Source: Andalucia godoyi And28
Taxonomy: Eukaryota > Protista > Jakobida
NCBI GenBank assembly: GCA_009859145.1
Contig: VRVR01000060.1
Coordinates: 62,001-126,000, forward strand
DNA length: 64,000 bases
Reading direction: 5' to 3'
In this document: piece after piece, positions 10,461 through 20,242 of the stretch
Layout of the letters: each line of letters opens with the position of its first letter
How positions within the stretch are numbered: the first letter of the stretch is position 1
Notes under the pieces: generated by a model
What the model was told of the DNA's origin: nothing
Database searches by the model: none
The model's input: the letters and a program-made list of their open reading frames with translations, nothing else
Position numbers and translations under genes: made by a program

Positions 10461-13400
10461 TTACTCTAAATTTCGAATCTCGCGGACATCCAGCCGCTTC
10501 CACGACTGCCGATTGGCCCGAACCGCTAAGGACTGAACGAACCGACAGTGTTTGAGCACCTGTGCTAGCGAAGCGGCATTCGCGAGTCTTCGATCTTCGT
10601 TATCTTCCAACCACAGTGCATAGGCCGTTCGGATTGCGGAGAAAGGCGTTTCCATGAAATCTTCCGTTTCGTCTTTCACGTACGAGACGAGGAATCTGTG
10701 AAACATGTTTTGAGATTCTTTGACAACCCCTCGAGGATTTTGTTCTCTGAAGTCGACTTCGGCGTGTGCAGGAACGTCCCGAGCGGGTGCGGCGTGTCGT
10801 TGTTGGAATGCGTACCCAGAAAGATGCTCTTCGACAAAATGATCAGGAAACTCCGTCTGAAACTGCAGAACGATCTCATCGTCTGTCCACTGAGAAGTGC
10901 AACGACCTTTTTTGAATTCAGTGCACAACGGAATCCGGTCGATGCTGCCATCCGATGTTTCAAGTTGATGTTGCACAAATGATCTGACAAACTTGCGCGG
11001 TCGGAAATAGTCCAAAGTTTCTTGAGACTCGCGCTCCTCGATCCTGATTGACGCGGAATATCGCTGTCTCAAGAGTTGGAGGAACGTACACCAATGCGGC
11101 TCTGCCAGGCAATTCTCACCGATGCGATTCGCGAGCATACTCTTCTCAAGATTGCTCCATTCACCCGGAGGATTCACAGCTTTATCGGTGACCCGAAACA
11201 CGTGCAATCGACGCCTCCAAACTCCTTCATGATCCTTGAACAGAGGCGGCACCGAATCGCAAATGAGAACGAACATGCAAGACAATTCTTTGCAGTCTTT
11301 CACGAGATCATGCAGGGTCTTTGCTCGTTCAGCACTCACGAATACCACTCTAGCGCCGCGCAGTTGGGAAAGTATCGTTTTCTCGTTGCTACGGCCATCG
11401 AACTTTGGGAGGTCTTTGGCGTACGGTCCCAAGCAATTCGCAAGAAAGGATACGAAGCTCTGTGTATGGATTCCGCCGCCGAGCAGACACAAGACATGGG
11501 ATGCCACATCCTCCTGCGCAAACAACGACATGCAAAACAATTGCAGTACGGAATTCATCGCTCGTTCGTCCGAGAATAAAGACGTCAGCCACGGTTGCAC
11601 AAATCGACGCAATTCGCGGGAATCGTCGAAATCGTAGTCCGTCGAAATCAGGATAAAGTCTTCCGAAACTCCCACGCGCTCAATTGCGACGACCTCTTCC
11701 TGTGCTCGAAGCAAGCAGTTTCGGAAAGAGACCACGTTCTTTGAAAACGATCGCTCGAGCTGAAAATCTTTGCGCTGGAAGTACGATTGAAGCGTTGTCT
11801 TCATCTTTTTCGTTCTGTCAAAGGGGTTTGCTGGATACCAGCGATTTTGACGGTCACCTTTCGATCTTACTAAAGCTTCAAAACCGGACAAAACATCACA
11901 CAGGCCATCCCAGCCACTGGCTACCCACCGATGCTCTTTGTACTCGTACCAGATATTATCGTGGAACACGAACCGATCACAGTAAGCAAGAAAGAACGCC
12001 TTCGCACCACTATCCACATCCATAGGAAGATGAACGAGATGCAACATCGCCAAGTTCACCGACCAACGCTCGAACAAATCACGACTGGATTCCCTAAAAA
12101 GCGAGATCAGCGACCGTGCTGTGTAGCCCTTTATCGTCGAATACTCCCAGAATTCATCTTCGGAGTCCGCGCTAAAACAACGGGTATACAACGCACAGCT
12201 CTCTTCTTTCGAACACGAACAATGCGCAAGATACGCTGCAATTCGTGAACGGGAGAGGTATGCCGCATCACTCTTCCCGACGGAATCCAACATGAACTTC
12301 AAAGCCGTGATTTTCAGTTCAATGGTTTGTGTGGAAGTATTCAGTACCATCCAATTGGCTAGCGTTTCTTTTGTTGGCAACGAGGTGTTTTGCGCCAAAT
12401 CAGCCGTAGGCTTCCACGGCATCACCGCCATACCATCGCGTTTGTCGTTTTTGCCATATCCACACCCGGTCGACACGGCAAATGGAAGATAACGGAGATC
12501 TTTGTCAAATGACTCGGGGGTGTGTTTGCCCTTGCAATTCACCAAATTCAAGGAGCAATGCTTGCTGGGCTTGCACACAGAGAAAGCTTCTGGATTCTCG
12601 TTTCCACTTGCATCGAAAGCAACGGCTTTGGTCCACATGCGTTCCGGTGACGTGACCTTCGATCCAAAAACAGGAAACGTGTCCTCGGATACCAGCCACT
12701 CAATCGTACCAGACAAGTCCGAGTGTGTTTTCAACATAGACAACACAGCGGCTACGATCTCGTTGCACTTCATGGGCACATTCGGAAAATGAACGGCGAA
12801 AAACGCGTCTTCGTCCCCAGTCAACACAAAACACACGACCGATGGAAACTTGTCAGAAAGAAAACGTTGCAGAACGCGCACCACTCGCTTTTGCACATCA
12901 GCAACATTGCTGGCGTCCGGGGTCTTGATCCGAAACGTCAGTCGCAACAGCGTTGCCGGTTCTCGAAACACAATCTGCTTGCGTTGTTCATCGGACAATT
13001 TGCAATAAGCAACAAACACATCGCGCTCCGTTTCTGGATGCAGATATCCAGCTTTCCCGTTAATAGTGAACCATCGAGGGTGATACACGAACTCCTGATG
13101 GTTGGCATCCTCCCCGATTAAAACATTGATAACACTGCGATCTCGCAGATTGAACTCGCAGGCTTTCACGAATTTTTGGAGCGCAGCATCTCCGTCTGCG
13201 CCGTGCGAAGGTGGCGGATGAATATCGATGATTTGAACATTGCCGGCGCACTCTGGTTTGTGGTTTGCACGCGTAGAAACGGCAAAAACAATACCGGCAG
13301 GAGCACGCTCCCGCGTGGCTCCATCCCGCGGCTGAGAGAGCGCCTCTGCAAGAGTCTCGACCTGTTCGAAGCGGCGAGGAACCTCAACATCAACTGAAAC

Positions 13401-13532
13401 GACTGGGGTTCCTAAAGACAAAGTCGGAAGCTTTTCTTTGTCGCCACCGTCGAGGAGTTCTGCATTCGCTGAACCGCGAAATCCTGAAACGGAAACGTGA
13501 TTTTTGGCGGGAAGGAGGGACGGATCGGTCAT
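10461..13532 (-). CDS. D5-like AEP primase / PriCT / D5_N / SF3 helicase homolog with degenerate catalytic motifs (about 1023 aa; ORF track extends to 13712)
   Basis: FAVHFPNV, FPVFGSK, DRFVFHDNIWYEYKEHRW (D5_N), LCLLGGGIHTQSFVSFLANCLGPY (Walker A region lacking GKS/T), LSQLRGARVVFVS and GVWRRRLHVF resemble poxvirus/NCLDV D5. Probable start MTDPS at 13532 after an A-rich leader. Confidence 0.72.
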   Translation of the reverse strand: MTDPSLLPAKNHVSVSGFRGSANAELLDGGDKEKLPTLSLGTPVVSVDVEVPRRFEQVETLAEALSQPRDGATRERAPAGIVFAVSTRANHKPECAGNVQIIDIHPPPSHGADGDAALQKFVKACEFNLRDRSVINVLIGEDANHQEFVYHPRWFTINGKAGYLHPETERDVFVAYCKLSDEQRKQIVFREPATLLRLTFRIKTPDASNVADVQKRVVRVLQRFLSDKFPSVVCFVLTGDEDAFFAVHFPNVPMKCNEIVAAVLSMLKTHSDLSGTIEWLVSEDTFPVFGSKVTSPERMWTKAVAFDASGNENPEAFSVCKPSKHCSLNLVNCKGKHTPESFDKDLRYLPFAVSTGCGYGKNDKRDGMAVMPWKPTADLAQNTSLPTKETLANWMVLNTSTQTIELKITALKFMLDSVGKSDAAYLSRSRIAAYLAHCSCSKEESCALYTRCFSADSEDEFWEYSTIKGYTARSLISLFRESSRDLFERWSVNLAMLHLVHLPMDVDSGAKAFFLAYCDRFVFHDNIWYEYKEHRWVASGWDGLCDVLSGFEALVRSKGDRQNRWYPANPFDRTKKMKTTLQSYFQRKDFQLERSFSKNVVSFRNCLLRAQEEVVAIERVGVSEDFILISTDYDFDDSRELRRFVQPWLTSLFSDERAMNSVLQLFCMSLFAQEDVASHVLCLLGGGIHTQSFVSFLANCLGPYAKDLPKFDGRSNEKTILSQLRGARVVFVSAERAKTLHDLVKDCKELSCMFVLICDSVPPLFKDHEGVWRRRLHVFRVTDKAVNPPGEWSNLEKSMLANRIGENCLAEPHWCTFLQLLRQRYSASIRIEERESQETLDYFRPRKFVRSFVQHQLETSDGSIDRIPLCTEFKKGRCTSQWTDDEIVLQFQTEFPDHFVEEHLSGYAFQQRHAAPARDVPAHAEVDFREQNPRGVVKESQNMFHRFLVSYVKDETEDFMETPFSAIRTAYALWLEDNEDRRLANAASLAQVLKHCRFVQSLAVRANRQSWKRLDVREIRNLE

Positions 13533-14858
13533 TTTTTGCTTGGACGGATTTTTTCTTTTTTGGTTCCCGACTTGGGATAGAAGCAGAAAAAAATAGTTTT
13601 TGGATGTGGGTTTTTTTTTCCTGGAAATTTGCTCGTTGACGCGATTTGACGCAAGACGTTTTTTTGGGAATTTGATGGGCGATGACAAAAAAGCAGCGTT
13701 TGGTTCACCCAATCAACTTCGGCATTTGCAAACTGCGACTCAAGGAAAACTCAAGTAATCGGAGGTGCCAGGCGGCCGTAGACGATCTGTTGGGCGAGGA
13801 CGAATTCGAAAACAGCGTCGCAGAATCTGCGTAGGACAGCAAAATCAAGCTTGAGACCTGAGGCTGCAAATGATTGCCTCTCTTAACGGATTTAGGGTGC
13901 AGATTCAGCGACCGTTGGCGCGCTGCTCTCAACAAAGGACCAAACAAGTAATTACTTGAATTGCGAAAAGAACGGCAGATGGAAGAAATGAAAATCCGCA
14001 GTTTGGACGATTTTACTTGGAACAATTGCAAAACCAGGGGGTTTTTTGTGGAGTAAGCGTATATTGTTTCTCCTACGAAATTTGCAGCTGTGCAAAACAC
14101 CGTCGATGTCAGTAACATGTGAATCGCTTTTCATTCATTCTTTGATAGAACGCGTATTCCGCTGCGAAACTCCACGCACTTTGGGCTGTTGTCTCTTATG
14201 AAAAGAGTTCTCTGTCTCACAGAAGTCAACGTGACTCCACCATTGTCAACCGCAAATCGTTGAATCTTTCGTGTATCGCCACGCTGCTGGAAAGGAGTCG
14301 TACATTGTATCCGACAGAATCCGAGCGGGAATATTGAACAACGATACAATGCATTTTCGTAAACAACAAACAAAAAGACGATCGGTGTATCTCCGGGTTG
14401 ACTCAATCGACTCAACTGCAGAACTTAACGGTCATTCCAAGCTCTTCTTGTATAAATATTGGATTTTCTTTTCGTTTCGTCTTCTTTTTATTCTTTTTCT
14501 TTCAACGTCTTCGACAAACAACTTTCTCAGTAGGAACCAAACGTTTGTTTGCAGAAGATGAACAATGCGAATACGATGTTTGATCTTGGAAGGACTTCCA
14601 AACATGGTCCAATTTGCATGCTCCGACGTTTGACGATCGACTCGAAGTTGATCGCCGAAGACCAGTTGATTTTGTTAAGCTAATTAGCAATCGTTGTTGA
14701 TTCAGCAGCCCTTAACCCTACATCGATGAATGGCACAGAAATGTCAATCGCGTTCTGAAATTCTTCAGTTTCCTACTTTCTAACTTCTTTTTACTTGTTG
14801 TGAATCCTATTTTTTCTTTTTCTTTCTATCATTCCATCTTTATCCACCTCCAAAAAAA

Positions 14859-15224
14859 ATGCCCACTCGTTCGAAAACAGCAACAGGTCAGTTTCTGGTT
14901 TTATTCGTTTCTCCAACCGGCGAATGCTACCACAAGTCTGCGGACTGCGGCCCTGCAAAGAAGATGGCTCCTCGATCCAAGGAAGCTTGTGAAAAAGAAA
15001 ACCTCCGTCCTTGCAAAAAGTGTTTTAAACAGTCGAAGACCAAACCGGAGACCGCAAAGGATGTCACGGTCTTCAAATCCGAGACTGGTAAGTGCTATCA
15101 TCACGGCGACCACTGCGGAAAGTCCGATAAGATGAAGGCCATTCCGTTGAAACAAGCTCTTGCAGAGAATTTATCTCGTTGCAAAGGCAATTGTAAGAAA
15201 GCATGGGCTTCTCTGAAGAATTAG
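14859..15224 (+). CDS. Small protein made of two Ada-like metal-binding repeats (V-x-x-S-x-T-G-x-C-Y-H-x4-C...L-x-x-C-x-x-C)
   Basis: FVSPTGECYHKSADCG...NLRPCKKC and FKSETGKCYHHGDHCG...NLSRCKGNC. Confidence 0.8.
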   Translation: MPTRSKTATGQFLVLFVSPTGECYHKSADCGPAKKMAPRSKEACEKENLRPCKKCFKQSKTKPETAKDVTVFKSETGKCYHHGDHCGKSDKMKAIPLKQALAENLSRCKGNCKKAWASLKN

Positions 15225-15380
15225 GGCAAACTGTCTCCACATTGATCATGTGAATTAGTCAACTTTGAATGTTGCATGTTTGCAATCTTGCATTGCAATG
15301 GTCCTCTGTGCACACACTTTCCCTTTCTTCCGATCAAAAAAAAGTAATAAACCGTCGAGTTTTTGTGCGTTTGTGGCTGC

Positions 15381-17456
15381 TTATATATTTTTCTCCCTTC
15401 GTGACGCACGGCAACAGCGCAGACAGGCACGGAATCTCTCATTAGCTGCAGTGAATTTTAATTGCACTGCGTCTCTTCCTGCACACGACTTCAGTACGTG
15501 GTAACAATGTCCTTTTCCAGAAGAAGCGATATAGACAATATCACCAATTTCTTGACCAATGTTAACATCCAAATCTTTTGCTTCCGTTCTAGCGCTTCGT
15601 GCAGCGCACTGACGACAAACCTTCAAATTTTTCGAAATCGCTTTCGCAATCGCCATGCTCTTCCTCATTTCTGAGTCACTACCGCAGTCAGCAAAAAGGT
15701 GGAAAAGATCGTCGGAAGAACCAATGTGCACAACGGTCTCATCAGATAATTTCGGAACAAAGTCTTCATGTCTTGAAGATAAAAAATCCATTCCTGATTT
15801 TGCAACAGGAATTGTCCGTGATTTTTGGGAATCTTGTTGAACGCAACATCTCGAGCAAGGCCGCAATCCGAGGGATTTTGCGTCAGACTCCAGTAATGCC
15901 ACCATATCGGATGCACGACCGCAAGAAGGTTTCCCATGGTAACATTTTCCAGTTCGCGAAACGAATACTTGGACATCCTCCGTGGCTCTGCTCTTTGGCT
16001 CTAGTTTTTCACTGCGATACGCAACAAAATTTAAATGAACCACCGCCAAATCATGCATGTCGCATATTACGCAAGGTTTTTGTCCGCATGATGCTGCGGC
16101 GGTCCACGTTGTCTCTGACATTTCGTACGCCATTGTACATTCCGATTTCGCATGGAAGCACAATCCATGCGGCAAAGAGTAAACACGAGCATCTGCAGAT
16201 TGTAAATTTGCACACTGGTCTGGAACTGCGTGTGTATGCGATGGGTGCATTCCGTTAAAGTGTGCACTGTGAGGAGTGTTACACATCCGACACAGCCCCA
16301 ATTGCCAGCAATCGTCTGCAAACTTGACGACCTTCCCGTCATTGCGCCTTTTCCACGGTTTGTTCGAAGATCGAAACTCGCACATGCGAAACTCGGAGCG
16401 GCAAGCGTTCGTTCTAGGATGTTCTGGAAGCAAATTTGACGGCAAACAGGGCCCTCCGTCGGCCGCATCTACAATATGCCCAAGTTCCCAGCCACCATTT
16501 TGCAACTTCGTTTTTGACATTGTACCAAAAATCTGTCGCCAAAGGGAAGCGCCCTTCGCAGCGTCGCCTAGGTCGTTCGACGAAGAAGGACTACTTGCTT
16601 CTGAAGATTCGCTGTCGGACTCCGAACTTTGGCTAATTAATTCTGAAGACTCAGTGTCGGACTCGGAACAATTAATTCTACTTTCAGCCGCAGTGGACGA
16701 CGACTCTGAATACTCGCTTTTCTTATTACGCCCAAAACAATCAAATGAGATTAAATATCCGAAATGATCCTGGCGAACAATTCGATCCGGATCAGTAATA
16801 TTTGTGCAGTTCTCGAGAAGCCAATGCTGAATTGAGTTCCCTTTTGAAAAGACTGACTGGCGATGATACATGCTGGCACGAAGCTTGGACATTCGAATAT
16901 TCCTCTGGGCTCGTGTCTCTCGGGTGCAATCGGAGTCCGTGTCCTCCGACGGAATTTTAAGAACTCCTCTTTCTCTTTCTTCTTCAAAAGCTTTCTGCAA
17001 CATCAACTGTACCTCGTTCTCCGAAAACTGTCGAGACCCGGTGACCGGATAGACCACAGCAAACACTACAGAAGGAACAATGGAACGTCGGTGTTTTGAT
17101 ATCAGAGGTGCATCGGCTGGCAATTCGGAGAACGTTATATTCGTTCCTTCTTGAGCTGTTGAACTCAAAAATAAACGAAATTCGAATTCGTCATATCCAA
17201 CCTCCCACATCTCTGATATTTTGGCGCGAACTGCAAATGGTCGCTTGAGAACGGCAGAGTGTGACTTCGGAGTCACGTAAAACGAGTACAAAAATCGCAA
17301 GGCTTCAGGCACTTTTTTCGAAGGCGAGACGTACGTCACTGAAAGCCAGAGAAGACTGCCGCGACGATTCGGATAGGGCAAACAGCAACATGCGACAAAT
17401 TCGTCTTCTACACGGAGTCGCTGACTGTCGTCGTACGTGACTTGACAACCATCCAT
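15381..17456 (-). CDS. 691-aa protein: possible YEATS-like N-terminus, Ser/acidic linker, four C-terminal Ada-like YHx4C...CxxC repeats
   Basis: VFVSRTGKCYHGKPSCG...GLRPCSRC, VYIASSGKGHCYHVLKSC...RACLRC and two more degenerate copies; N-terminal KRPFAV...WEVGYDEFEFRLFL loosely resembles YEATS GWGEF. Confidence 0.75.
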   Translation of the reverse strand: MDGCQVTYDDSQRLRVEDEFVACCCLPYPNRRGSLLWLSVTYVSPSKKVPEALRFLYSFYVTPKSHSAVLKRPFAVRAKISEMWEVGYDEFEFRLFLSSTAQEGTNITFSELPADAPLISKHRRSIVPSVVFAVVYPVTGSRQFSENEVQLMLQKAFEEERERGVLKIPSEDTDSDCTRETRAQRNIRMSKLRASMYHRQSVFSKGNSIQHWLLENCTNITDPDRIVRQDHFGYLISFDCFGRNKKSEYSESSSTAAESRINCSESDTESSELISQSSESDSESSEASSPSSSNDLGDAAKGASLWRQIFGTMSKTKLQNGGWELGHIVDAADGGPCLPSNLLPEHPRTNACRSEFRMCEFRSSNKPWKRRNDGKVVKFADDCWQLGLCRMCNTPHSAHFNGMHPSHTHAVPDQCANLQSADARVYSLPHGLCFHAKSECTMAYEMSETTWTAAASCGQKPCVICDMHDLAVVHLNFVAYRSEKLEPKSRATEDVQVFVSRTGKCYHGKPSCGRASDMVALLESDAKSLGLRPCSRCCVQQDSQKSRTIPVAKSGMDFLSSRHEDFVPKLSDETVVHIGSSDDLFHLFADCGSDSEMRKSMAIAKAISKNLKVCRQCAARSARTEAKDLDVNIGQEIGDIVYIASSGKGHCYHVLKSCAGRDAVQLKFTAANERFRACLRCCRASRREKNI

Positions 17457-19495
17457 GCCAAATAGAAGAATTCTGTCTAGTGGGAAGTTCTGAACGGATT
17501 GGGAACGTTAGATTCATGTAAACCAAGAAGAAGTAGTACAAAAATCATACTAGTTGCCAGCTTCGATGAAGCTTGATAATCACATCCTCCACCTTGTCTG
17601 TACTGCGAATTTCGATGCTGAACTTTTCCGAGAATACTTCCTTATGTCGATTGTCGCACGCATAGATGGAGATAGCCCGAGACGAACAGTTCATTCGCAG
17701 TAAGCTCGATCTACCAGAAAGTTTACGGACAACAGGAGCTTGCGAACTGATTTGGATTTTCTCTGCCCAAAAAGAAGTTTGGTAGTTCTAGCGTCACTTG
17801 ATCTGCTGACTTGTCCGTTCCAGTGTTTTGGCAAGCGCTCAATCCGCACGGTACAGCGGATAGTGGATGACTTCTTTGCCTTTCTTCCCATCTCGACGTT
17901 GTGTTCAATGATTTTTGGAAGTTAAGAGACTGCTGTTCCTCTTGTTCAGTTGGTCGTGAATCGCGCAGCCAAAAGGAAAAGTGGTGAAGTGGGGACTGCG
18001 GCCGGTTTCTTCCTGAATTTCTTGCAGCGCAGCTGGCAAATGACTTACGTCTGCAGATTTTGAAAATCTTCTGAGAGATGCTGGAATCATTTTTGAAAAC
18101 ATTTTTCATTTTGTTTTGTAGATTAGCGAGATTGATTCGCTGGCATGCTGCTTCAGCACGACTGGTGCAAGCATCCCAGCCCAAGCCCTCGGAAGATCGT
18201 TTTGAATGTTTGTTGGGCAGCAGAAACAATGGTGTTGATATCGCCATCGAGTTGTACTTCAAGAAGCAGCCAAAGGCTTCTGCATCAATGTTGCTTTTCC
18301 GATTGCTTGCAGGCAGTAGGCGCAAGGAAATCGAGGGACAGGCCGAATCTTAAACCCAGAAATAACGCGATACACCGCGGACCAAACCACCCGTTGTGTT
18401 TCGGCCACATTTTTTCGGCATTAAAAACACTTCGGCTATTCAGTAATGCTCGGTCGCGACGTGCCGCCCGCAATAAGAACTGCGAGCACAAGCGGCAAAA
18501 CCAACAGCAGCGGCGAAGCGCAGAGGGAACTCCAAGATCAATACTGCAAACGACACTGGACGTCCATGCGGCGGCGTCCAAATCATACAAGTGCGTGCGT
18601 GCATGCCGAAATGTCGACACCACAACATTTCCTTTTTCCCACACCGTCCATCATCGTCCAAACGTTGGTTTGTAAAAGCCGGACGGCGACAATTCGACAC
18701 CGTTCGTTTCCCAATGAAGACGAACCGCGAAGACGCAAAGCTGTGATAACCGACCATGTGCGGTCCCACCGTCAGCCACATCGCGCACATTGTTCAAACA
18801 AGTTCGCTGGATTTCAAAAGATGCTGCGCGAGGCACAATTCCAAGTTGCAAAAAGGATGCAAGTCTGCAAGAACTTTCTTCTTCTGTTAACCTGACTGCG
18901 ATTTCAAGAAGAAATATATCAGTGCTCCCAATTTTGGAGTTGCATTGATAATGCACAATGCGAATGGACAGAACAATGAACAAGAATGCTTTCTTGGAGA
19001 GTGGTCGACGAACATTCGGCGTTTCCTGCAGGTTGCAGTGAAATTAAACATTGTAATTAAAGCGATTACAAGCTTGGATTTTCGGGTTTCAACAGTAATT
19101 GGACGAACGAATCGAGTCCAAACAGCGCAAGATTAAAGTGATTCTTCAACGTCCACAAGGATTTTCCAGCTCTTTACTTCTCCTTTCTCGAAGTCGTTGG
19201 GAAAGCATGCACAACTATTTTACGAAGCATGTGCGAGCGCAGGACCGATGTTGGACGCCAAACTTTTGACAAGCATTTCGACGACGACGACCGCGAGCGC
19301 GAGTGCGACCGCGAGTGCGAGTGCACGACACAATCTTCGCATGCTTTTCTTCTGACTGTTCTGAAAACTGCGAGATTCAACAGCTTCGATACACTGACCG
19401 ACCCGTCGCTGTTGTTGTGCTGTTTCCAGTTGCGCGCTGTTCGCTTGCCAGATCCCAATTCAACATTGTGCTGCTTTGACATTCAAACTCGTTCT

Positions 19496-19741
19496 TTATT
19501 TGTCCTTCCACCAATATTTAGTTACTTCGTAATTCTTGTTGCAGAATTGGAGTTTTGCAAATCCCAACTGTTTCAGTATTGCACGCACTGCTTTCCTTTC
19601 CTCTCGTGACACCGTGGATGTTCCGTAGCAGAAAGCCATGATTTCAGCATTTTTGAGGCCTATAATCGACTTACTGCTGTCTAGAGTGCTGATGAATTGC
19701 TGGACTTTCTGGAGCAATTGCTGATCGTTGATGGATTCCAT
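19496..19741 (-). CDS. Small winged-helix-like protein, similar to the C-terminal domain of the 7442-10144 protein (81 aa from ATG 19741)
   Basis: NAEIMAFCYG...VRAILKQLGF...EVTKYWWK aligns by eye with AQEVYNHVFG...ITRILKGIGW...EITAGWAK; A-rich leader. Confidence 0.6.
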   Translation of the reverse strand: MESINDQQLLQKVQQFISTLDSSKSIIGLKNAEIMAFCYGTSTVSREERKAVRAILKQLGFAKLQFCNKNYEVTKYWWKDK

Positions 19742-19863
19742 TTGTTTTTTTGCAGTAATCGTTTTGTGCGTCACCAATATAATCCGTGTGAGTTTTTTTA
19801 AAATTTTTGAATCTAACTTTTCGGTCTGGAATCAACGGATGCGCCCTGCGGAGCTTCTTATTT

Positions 19864-19969
19864 CCACGGCTTGGATCATCGGATGCGCATCCGCGTTTGC
19901 AAGCGGAAATCCGCAAGTTGGCTTGACCAAAACACCGAAACCGCGGTCGTCTTTAGGGATCCGCCGTGG
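19864..19969. promoter_or_regulatory. Palindrome-rich region between divergent wHTH and recombinase genes; candidate recombination or regulatory site
   Basis: Perfect palindrome CGGATGCGCATCCG at 19880-19893; GCGGA-AA-TCCGC nearby; flanking imperfect inverted repeat CCACGGC-TT-GGATC (19864-19877) / GATCCGCCGTGG (19958-19969). Confidence 0.3.
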
Positions 19970-20242
19970 GTCCGAGGAACCTTCTTGGAGTCTCTGCGTC
20001 GCAACAGGACCAAATCATCGTTCGCACATTGTTGAAAACGCAAGTTTTCAGAGATCCTTGCCATACCACCTACAAAGGAGGTCCTACCCTTGGCGGCCAT
20101 GATCGACCTTTTGTAATTTTACAATTCTGCAGGAACGGGCGCGTCTTCAAATCCAGCACGAAAAACGCCTGGCGCTTCTGCGACGACGCGCAACTCTAGA
20201 AGCGTGGAAGCAACAAAGGGCACATAAACAAAATAAACTTCA

